A DNA stretch of 29,517 bases. It comes from a bacterium (GTDB lineage Bacteria; UBP14; UBA6098; B30-G16). The position numbers were made by a program, and so were the translations under genes. The notes below the pieces were generated by a model that saw only the letters and a program-made list of their open reading frames with translations, was not told the DNA's origin and searched no databases. Positions 21,001 through 26,356 of the stretch are shown in pieces (position 1 is the first letter of the stretch; the number at the start of each line of letters is the position of its first letter). The stretch covers positions 1 to 29,517 of the forward strand of contig QNEG01000001.1 in assembly GCA_003645115.1 (NCBI GenBank), read 5' to 3'.

Positions 21001-21021
21001 TCGTTTGTGCTGGCGAGATAA
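12100..21021 (+). CDS. Giant secreted repeat protein (about 2973 aa): head domain, linker domain, ten A/B pairs of Ig-like repeats plus one odd module, T9SS type B (gliding-motility-associated/CHU_C-like) CTD; putative stalked adhesin
   Basis: GGAGG at 12090-12094 favours ATG 12100 over 12088; signal peptide MNIKKIFCIILLLGFAGTVFG; recurring GP/DxxPP module starts; C-terminus 'PNPFTPNNDGSNDEL...IYDMAG...WDGTD...GVYLYVI...VLAR'. Confidence 0.9.
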   Translation: MNIKKIFCIILLLGFAGTVFGDGGYASSAGTGEDYRSPGKACWWTQRDDIEYPVRIEVMDSSVGLLSNFRGSFGVGGIGPLYVPLARNFHWPDSLAGQHFVLNIDGIYYSFANYTSAQLNVCGTPQTLRQIDDYFQGTDTSTVDGQVQIRSHWRIPVLDGFIDFYQYIRPVFMVFGPDSCGMARIHFRAINNHYESHSVGIKMMMDVYIGTGTTRDRPKVMIAGSYTELSQTYTAPVPAYWQGADETYYYPGITVARGVLRGGDATPPDYFIIGDQMGLWRHIWVRTDCEPDSTWWMETFPGFATGDAAFLIQWNPYSIPAGGNFNWITYYGFGSFYVPPSEIEVSLILPDISCHDCMLDTLVEASTIIAQHDDLGATYYNDTICLYPPSPLEIDSVYWDTTIVGGEILSDNCVLFDSLPPDVNVSIGWWIYVPPDLHLTGLTGEIEYYANSGDVTTATDSFETITVPMFSGIGPTMELLNDTLMYFSCTTFTVDIRYTEDDLGIDQSSVLPSVNGYSSDDFLIWDTPIDPMLDTFHIFVPGTLFTVDSVGSALVVIPPIADACGCLSPDTLRTLIYWDDQPPVLTDMSPPDSGYVNTPNPDISFTICDSVSGIQIDSIDFYYSYGSDIIELTSRDFGIVRIPNSDTSCVEISFTPTDIPSETTVTVCVTRALDFIDPPCSPNVMDTICWSFLVDYTGPRVEFIEPPDTVAYVSCDTPEVCFVVEDMNGLLTEPCESLEVWIGSTVYDACDPNMSISGDTVCILDVYNSPYSSGATVDITIMHLSDTLGNSADAVGYSFEMDTEGPWVSVVDPLEWSFVNIPSPSSPVCSILVNDDLSGIGLDYVTIRMSINDGEDTVLTYPEDMVFTSGWLSIFTDLSDADYLDTVCFTLDTIFDNAQVCPPNIIDPPFEWCYVIDNQPPEAELVQPEEGAVWACDVTEGWICIDFIDVTDVESGSIVVTVGNSSPVSTGWIYYSDVNRYCGPIPVDAEITSCEPIPIIIMQVADTLGNVASYSDTFYIVSDLEPPYVGLMYPDDTTLAYDSIAIEIIDDCSPIIQSQTCFDILVRNMGTDVVNLEVCGDNSDINWHPGPYSSTDTAFFFVNSILDSVGMALSNGDSIYICVTQSSDTLDDNSCGYNQFTDTTCLDFFYSLGGPSISIVEPPSGSAISCESLCVTFATQDSDGVDSSTVYLSYQINSGPVQIATIESSFVTWVPGTPTSAPDNIIICIPDMLMDGDEIFISVDSLDDMLGVPTTTGRSGTYWIDWEPPNISNYWPSDGEEIETAQPLIWVTANDLIAGINQETACFTFNSTVTYCWDDSIVYWSGDGDTVYFSSVEAGEFFSGGDTIQVCLELADNAILCDSNYTEYCWEFSIAAGGPLADAVEPTESSIVTCDTIYSLIITAYDTNGVDWNTFHIIIDGPGSFYYDISYPDPALTLANDTLTADAIIAEEGTVWVTIEVQDSLGNDISGGSYEYWFVIDHSAPVIVEYIPLCDSTAIDIPETLWVIAEDPFGYPDPDLFCVGIIDTAGDTIRICGDETGAIGSNLDTIFVILDSLDLDFHGGDTIVWWIEQLADYSDMCTPNFGLTGDTCTIPISATGPAVELIEPIDINGDGYIYFGCEYPYIFQFTLDDPEGYDTSSICIYYFCIDSATGDTISRENECWPDPDLSLSGDTLLWDVLTFPCPEGNELHITVEVMDNLMNPQRPNNFIVIIDTSAPGFEIISPAPEESVLTLTPVITLGFPDPAGPDTNLICVELQWGGSTLEVCNSGDTITWSYDTLFLHTPPGLFSTGDTVTICVDSVWDAADACPNSALLDTCYWVFIAQGGPEVIITYPIPDSVGLICANDTFIFVFSDPNGLDTTTVHFADDGTEYPIGSNPYWADETTLVYVPSSPYSWSPVEISIWGHQDMLGYESDSIVFTLDMDVQPPTATWVSPGSPPEPITIPPGTPIIQIEITDSLNLVDSTTILLCTHGLDEYCYPVDAEVGIDDTLTWDWFEGMLTYFAEFSNDTFLAGDYDSVCLIVGDDPNCGDYYNLDTICWSYNVSAAEGPTPTLIIPTPDSATIACTDSFFIAWSCITSIGLRHSNAEISMQIGSDVPVTYDDASGRISYSGDTLFFSPDMSEPFSDGDTLTIQILHIEDALGNPTEDPETYTYTFFIDWSGPALIDASPVGLSLDPSPTIWFYFEDISEIDTMSSVVTITVAGETPTTYRITDTEMFWNMDTLFIDGLSFAGGDSVIVCLDSIADIPDTCGPNWTTDTCFTFWLPQGGPLAELVIPIDSTTTFCEDQNIVIALCDSQGILLDSLRFYIQHRVSGVTDSFDADHITNLGMIDHILDTSGTTFCDTIIVPPLSSFADGETVIVTLERAMDTLFNPSFPYQWMFVVDLSPPIADNYVPAMNETVYNWSQHISVQVWDVFSWLDTIALAVEILDNGSLWFTFRWDSTQLWYDNSDSTVHIQIDTLWQEFHQYCINIFAQDTTDTVLCPANDTVFSWCFYVGDDDSIAPEITLEDSCFWPGMVTDFYIACTLSDSSGIYDDATDTAGQGIFVVYDTTNCPEMETGDFLGIEQMVYTPVDSYWGTAITPTGAFPQFPPGTHLYYIIYAYDNDFDFENELDRAQAYSVCGTCYFHDIDPPTIWAIDPDSGYFYSCTCGTQELLIGMHDYDGVSIDAGTLAVNSISYPLDTTISPQISFSGNVGMPGTVYVHFTPQECWEHYDTISVDIWGWQDIYENLYEDSIYHYDFVVDWEPPEVYYENCAGEGDTNLYLEEFDTIVIQITDQPAGVEPDSIQIVINGKHISNGSYPSSYDYTHIYTIADNGVEYDSASGELELIIPRLPYLEIENMDSLWIVVGQVCDISQSCGPNCVSDAMTCPRYIVAEFECRTHPNPFTPNNDGSNDELFIQFPKMVFRDATVYIYDMAGIEIKKITVGDAHTYVWDGTDSQGNDCRPGVYLYVIKVDGEVICTGSFVLAR
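13519..20718 (+). repeat. Array of 10 alternating A/B Ig-like protein repeat pairs (about 100-130 aa per module), with one non-repeat module at about 19597-19992
   Basis: A modules start (G/P)P...xC and end with a DxLGN-like motif; B modules start DxxPP/AP/GP, contain DxxSG(I/V), and end C-x-PN...D-x-C-W-x-F. Seen only at protein level. Confidence 0.8.
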
Positions 21022-21053
21022 TAATAAATTTGGTTAGCAATAAACTAAATTGA

Positions 21054-21506
21054 ATGTGGAAAAGGAATATATACATATTTATTATTGCCATTGGAATCTG
21101 GATATGGATTTATGGCTGTTCGACACAGGATAACAATGATGAAAATGGTAGTCAGATTCCATCACCGGAATTGATAAATTTTTCTGTGAGCGAGAATTGC
21201 AGCGAATGGAATGCCACACAGATAAATGTGGATGAGTGTAATATTTCGATAGAACATTATGCTATGTTCGGTGCATCGGCAGATTCTATTGTGGTAAATT
21301 TTGAGGTATCTGCGGAAACGCTTAAGATTATTGAAAAAGGATACCAGAGTTCTTTCGATGATAGTATATGCTATTTTTGCGTTTCTGCCGATATTTTAGT
21401 ATATATGACCGGAACATATTATTTGAAAATATTTCGGCAGATAAATGAAGGAGTGCAATCATTGGAATGGTCGGGCAATGTAAATATTACCAGTTGTGGA
21501 GAATAA
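21054..21506 (+). CDS. Small lipoprotein of unknown function
   Basis: Basic N-region, hydrophobic stretch, lipobox IYG-C22, polar linker STQDNNDENGSQ, beta-rich remainder. No obvious SD. Confidence 0.75.
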   Translation: MWKRNIYIFIIAIGIWIWIYGCSTQDNNDENGSQIPSPELINFSVSENCSEWNATQINVDECNISIEHYAMFGASADSIVVNFEVSAETLKIIEKGYQSSFDDSICYFCVSADILVYMTGTYYLKIFRQINEGVQSLEWSGNVNITSCGE

Positions 21507-24500
21507 ACAGGAGGATTATTATTACTAATATATCGGGAATAAAACAAATACTCGTATTACTTCTGATTGTCCTATTCGGTTTTATATACGGTCAGGAAGT
21601 AGAATTAGATAAGGAATCCATATACGGTGCAGGTTCTGCGAAATCATCCATTCTGCTACGAACTGAAAATGATAGCGTGGGCGCAGTGGTCAGAAGTTCG
21701 GGAATATTCTCTATCGGCACTACTGGTGGAAGACCATTGCTGTTCGGTTATCCCTATACAGCTCAAACTTCTCATACTCATTTCTATGTGGATGGAGAAG
21801 TTAAGGGGAATTATCTGGATACCCTGGTCGGACACCCATTACCAGCCGAAATTATCACCGCACCGCATCTGGTGGACAGCACAATCATTTGTTCGTGGAA
21901 TGTAGCGGGAGTAGAATTCACTCAAACTATACTCCCAGTGTATGTGGGCGCCGACCCGCAAATTAAAATCCAATATGATATATCCAATACCGACCATATC
22001 ACTCATTCCGCAGGATTACTGCTATTTCTGGACACTATGATAGATTCGAACGATTGCGCACCGATTGCTACGCCACTGGGCTATTTCGAGACTGAACAGG
22101 AATTTATCGATGATATTCCATCGTTCTGGCAGGCATTCGAACAAAATCCATTCCAGCCCCCAGAGAGATTGGTCGGACAGGGAATATTAATCGGTTTCGA
22201 GGCTACTCCACCTGATATATTGGTATATGGAGACTTTTGGAATTATCGCACTACACGATGGGACTATACTTTCGCTGGTGGATTATATAGCGATAGTGCT
22301 GTCCTTTTGCGATGGAATCCGGTCCCATTGCCGCCGGGAACATCCAAAACTATCATCACATATTACGGTATCGGTGTGGCAGATAGAACGATAGGAGAAA
22401 TCTCTATGTCGATGACATACCCGGAAGAGATATTGCCCGAAGGTTGTAATGGTTTCAATCCCGATACTTTTGTGGTCACTTTGTTAATATCTGCCGAGGA
22501 TACTGTGGGTGGTGCAATAGCCACATTGAACACTCCCGATTTCCTGAGATTATTGGATGAGGAAACACTATCTATTCTACCCACTATATTGATGCCTGGA
22601 GATATGGGTTCGGCATCCTGGCAGGTAGCAGTGGAACCATCCGCTATCACACAAATCGGAACACTATTTGTGGAATTATCCTCGCCGGGATATTCTCCAA
22701 CCACTATGCGACGAGAAATTAGATTATTCGCTCCCGATGGTGAACCACCTATTATTTCATTGATATCTACTATTCCATCTCCTGTGGTGCGCGATACTTT
22801 AACTGTGCGATTTGATGTTTCAGATGACAGCGAAGTCGATTTTTCATCCACCACGATTACTTTGGATGGCGAGGAAATTCCAGCAGAAATAGCAGGAACG
22901 AATATAATTATATCTCTATCGGATTTAAGCGAAGGCATCCACCAGTTGATTGTCGATAACATATCCGATATCTACGGTTGTGAAAGTGAACCCTACGAAA
23001 TTTCATTGGATGTAGAATTGCCACCAGCACCGGAACTCACCATTTTATCACCCGAACCGGGAACATTTTCCAGCTGTGAAGAAGATACTATCGCCATTCA
23101 TTTCAATTCCTCTGCCCCATTGTCTATGGAGTTATCGCACCTTACTATCGATGGTGAGGAGATTCCGTTTGCCATTCGAGCAGATACTATATTTACTTTT
23201 GCCACTTCGCTATCCGAGGGAACTCATTCTATCCATTTTTTAGCCACAGATGAATTCGGTCTCTCCAACGAATTAGAATGGCAATATACTATCGATAGAA
23301 CTTCACCTCGACTCGAACCATTTACAGAAATATATACATTGAGTTCGCCTTATGACCCATTGCAATATTTACTCGATGATGCTATCTCAGGAGTGGATGA
23401 ATCATCCATAACAATCCGGTGTGCTCTCGATGAGGATACATTTACATTCATTCCCGATTCACCGGGAATAACTTTCTCCTCTGGCAATCTAACTATAATT
23501 CCTGGTGAAACCGAACTGGAATTTACCGGATGCTCACATTTCTCACTATGGATAATTGTAGGAGATAATATCCAGAGTTGCGGACCGAACATATTGGACA
23601 CACTGGCGTATTCTATGTCCATTCCGTGCACTCCGCCGGATATTATATTGCTCGAACCGGAGGGTGTTTCCGCCTGCGATACAGTGAAAGTGATTATGCT
23701 GATGCAAGACGATGAAGAAATAATCGCAGATTCTGCCTGGGTAGAATTCGAAGGACATCGTTATGACTTGAGTTCACATAATTTAATTCTTTCCAGCGAC
23801 ACTTTGATATTCAAATTGCCATCGACTCACATTCCCGATGGAGATGTATCTATTAGAATAGGCGGTATCGAGGATAGCTGGGGAAATGAAATCAGCGCTG
23901 GCACCAGTATTTCCGTGACTATCGATCGGACAGCGCCAGAAATATTGGGAATTTATCCCGAAATTGAGCTAACCGGGACGGAAACAGTGCGATTCCGATG
24001 TTTCGATGAGGTCAGTGGAATATCCGCAGAACAAAGTTATATCGTGTGCAATGATGACACTATGTCCATCGGTTATGGAATGGGTTTCGATGGCGAAAAT
24101 CTATTCGTTCCCTCTGCATTCTGGCTTTCCGCACTGGTTAGTGATACACTCGGTGTATGCGCTCATATTTTTGACAATGTCTCTGACTGTGAACCCAATT
24201 ATACCGATACCTGTGTGGAATTTATAGTCGAACAAAGTGGTCCAGCATCGGTTATTATTGCTCCACCGACCGATGTTTATTTGGGATGTGATACACATCG
24301 AGTGAAATTGCTCTGGTTCGACCCCGATGGAGTGGATAGAGCAAGTTCATCGATTAGTATAAATGGAGTTTCCAATTCTGCCAGCAGTCCGATGTTCCAC
24401 TGGACTGCGGATACGGTCGATTTCGATATCGCCACTATCGATGAAGATATAATCGAAATTATACTAACCGGATACGATGAATTGGGATTCTCATCGGTGG

Positions 24501-26323
24501 ATACTTTTATTCTTCGCATAGATAAAAATCCACCGGAAATTTTATCTATAAATCCATTACCCGATGACGAATTATATCAGATAACGAATAGCTGGAAAAT
24601 AGTGCTCGAGGACAATCTTTCTGGAATAGATTGGCGAAGTCTATCTTTTCTGGTGAATGGAAACTTGTTCACTATCGCCGACGAGGCTCTTAATGTTCGA
24701 GCAGATACACTGATTTTTAATCCCGGAATGGCAGGAATCACTTATTATAACGATACTATTCGATGTGCGATTTATACCTCCGATAAATCATTTCATTGTG
24801 CAAACACGCTGGATACAATGTGGACATATACCTTGTTTACTCCCGATTTCTGGTGGGAATTAATAAAGCCTCAGGGAGTATCCGCCTGTGAAACAGTGGA
24901 GGTTCAAGTGGTATTTCATACAAATTTCGATATAGATTTTGATTCGCTTTTCACCGCTATCAGCAACAATTCATTCAATCATTCTCATCGAGGAGATACA
25001 TTGAATATCGATATTCCCGCCAGTTTCCTGATTTCTGGGGTAAATACACTAACCGTATGGAATATCACCGATGAGGAGCACATAGTTTCACTGCCGGAAA
25101 GTATATTTGTCCCCATTTTGTATGATGGATTGCCACCGAGGATATTACCGATATATCCTGCGCCGGGACAGCAAATCAGCTCCGAGAGTTCAGTAATCGC
25201 TCTGGTGGAGGACAATTACACTGGAGTGGATAGGTCTGGTGTAATAATCGAGTTCGATGGTGCGTCATACTTTCCTGACTCTATAAACTGGCAGGGCGAT
25301 ACATTGATTTTTCCGTTGCCCGAACAATTATTGGGAGATGTGCAAATATGTATCACCGCATCGGATATGCCGGATAATTGCGAACCGAGGAATACTCGTA
25401 TTTGCTGGGAATTCACTATCCCAGGTGCCGGTCCAGATATTTCTATTATTCGACCTTATAACTACCAATATACACATAATCCCAGGCAGGATATATTATT
25501 CCAAGTGAATTCAGAAAACCAAATCGACTGGAATACATTGACTATTACAATCGACCAAATCATATATACTCATAATTTAGATTATATAACTATTTCAGGG
25601 GATACAGTTCGTTTCGCACCGAGTCAAAATTGGTCCGATGGAGATACAGTTCGATTTTCCATCGCTATCAGTGATGATATCGGGCTTTCCTCAGCAATTA
25701 GTTCGCAATTTATATGCGATTATTCTGCTCCAGTCTGTTCCGAACCATATCCACAGGGAATCGTTCAAAATATCCCCGACAATATTTCTGTCCGAATCAC
25801 CGATGAAGGTGTTGGTGTTGACCCATTTTCTATCGTATTTCAGATTGAGGATTTATTCATTCCTTACGATAATTATTCATTAACATATGACCACCAAATT
25901 GCCACTTTGGATTTAAATTCGGCTGGAATTCATCTATCCCCACAAGTCGGGATGGACACAGTAAATGTATGCGTGCTGGCAACAGATTTGAATACTAATC
26001 TGGGAATTCCAAATGTGATGGAAAATTATTGTTTCTGGTTCCTGCCTGTTAAGGGCGGATGTTCGGTAAATCCGAAAACTTTCACTCCTAATAACGATGG
26101 TTTCAATGATATAGTGACATTTGAGGTATATTCTGACTATGAGATTTTAGTTAAATTATTTACTTTGGAAGGTGCATTGGTGAATAAATTATATGGAAAC
26201 TACACCATTACCTGGGATGGAACAGATAACAACGGTAAACCAGCACCACCGGGTCCATATATTTATACTGTGGAATCACGGGGGAAAAATTTATGCAAAG
26301 GCACTATTATTATTGCCAGATAG
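21467..26323 (+). CDS. Second large secreted repeat protein (about 1600 aa), paralog of 12100..21021: head domain, linker, one extra module, five A/B pairs, T9SS type B CTD. True start may be ATT at 21521
   Basis: Signal peptide KQILVLLLIVLFGFIYG/QE; same head-domain motifs and repeats as the 2973-aa protein; C-terminus 'NPKTFTPNNDGFNDIV...WDGTDNNGKPAPPGPYIYTV...IIAR'. Confidence 0.88.
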   Translation: MVGQCKYYQLWRINRRIIITNISGIKQILVLLLIVLFGFIYGQEVELDKESIYGAGSAKSSILLRTENDSVGAVVRSSGIFSIGTTGGRPLLFGYPYTAQTSHTHFYVDGEVKGNYLDTLVGHPLPAEIITAPHLVDSTIICSWNVAGVEFTQTILPVYVGADPQIKIQYDISNTDHITHSAGLLLFLDTMIDSNDCAPIATPLGYFETEQEFIDDIPSFWQAFEQNPFQPPERLVGQGILIGFEATPPDILVYGDFWNYRTTRWDYTFAGGLYSDSAVLLRWNPVPLPPGTSKTIITYYGIGVADRTIGEISMSMTYPEEILPEGCNGFNPDTFVVTLLISAEDTVGGAIATLNTPDFLRLLDEETLSILPTILMPGDMGSASWQVAVEPSAITQIGTLFVELSSPGYSPTTMRREIRLFAPDGEPPIISLISTIPSPVVRDTLTVRFDVSDDSEVDFSSTTITLDGEEIPAEIAGTNIIISLSDLSEGIHQLIVDNISDIYGCESEPYEISLDVELPPAPELTILSPEPGTFSSCEEDTIAIHFNSSAPLSMELSHLTIDGEEIPFAIRADTIFTFATSLSEGTHSIHFLATDEFGLSNELEWQYTIDRTSPRLEPFTEIYTLSSPYDPLQYLLDDAISGVDESSITIRCALDEDTFTFIPDSPGITFSSGNLTIIPGETELEFTGCSHFSLWIIVGDNIQSCGPNILDTLAYSMSIPCTPPDIILLEPEGVSACDTVKVIMLMQDDEEIIADSAWVEFEGHRYDLSSHNLILSSDTLIFKLPSTHIPDGDVSIRIGGIEDSWGNEISAGTSISVTIDRTAPEILGIYPEIELTGTETVRFRCFDEVSGISAEQSYIVCNDDTMSIGYGMGFDGENLFVPSAFWLSALVSDTLGVCAHIFDNVSDCEPNYTDTCVEFIVEQSGPASVIIAPPTDVYLGCDTHRVKLLWFDPDGVDRASSSISINGVSNSASSPMFHWTADTVDFDIATIDEDIIEIILTGYDELGFSSVDTFILRIDKNPPEILSINPLPDDELYQITNSWKIVLEDNLSGIDWRSLSFLVNGNLFTIADEALNVRADTLIFNPGMAGITYYNDTIRCAIYTSDKSFHCANTLDTMWTYTLFTPDFWWELIKPQGVSACETVEVQVVFHTNFDIDFDSLFTAISNNSFNHSHRGDTLNIDIPASFLISGVNTLTVWNITDEEHIVSLPESIFVPILYDGLPPRILPIYPAPGQQISSESSVIALVEDNYTGVDRSGVIIEFDGASYFPDSINWQGDTLIFPLPEQLLGDVQICITASDMPDNCEPRNTRICWEFTIPGAGPDISIIRPYNYQYTHNPRQDILFQVNSENQIDWNTLTITIDQIIYTHNLDYITISGDTVRFAPSQNWSDGDTVRFSIAISDDIGLSSAISSQFICDYSAPVCSEPYPQGIVQNIPDNISVRITDEGVGVDPFSIVFQIEDLFIPYDNYSLTYDHQIATLDLNSAGIHLSPQVGMDTVNVCVLATDLNTNLGIPNVMENYCFWFLPVKGGCSVNPKTFTPNNDGFNDIVTFEVYSDYEILVKLFTLEGALVNKLYGNYTITWDGTDNNGKPAPPGPYIYTVESRGKNLCKGTIIIAR
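22736..26042 (+). repeat. Array of 11 Ig-like protein modules (one extra plus 5 A/B pairs)
   Basis: B modules IDRTSP, IDRTAP, IDKNPP, YDGLPP and CDYSAP, each with D-x-x-(S/T/V)G(I/V), alternate with A modules ending in DEFG, DSWGN, DELG, DEE or DDIG. Confidence 0.8.
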
Positions 26324-26356
26324 AAAAATATTTTTATTAAATAGAGAGGAGCAAGT

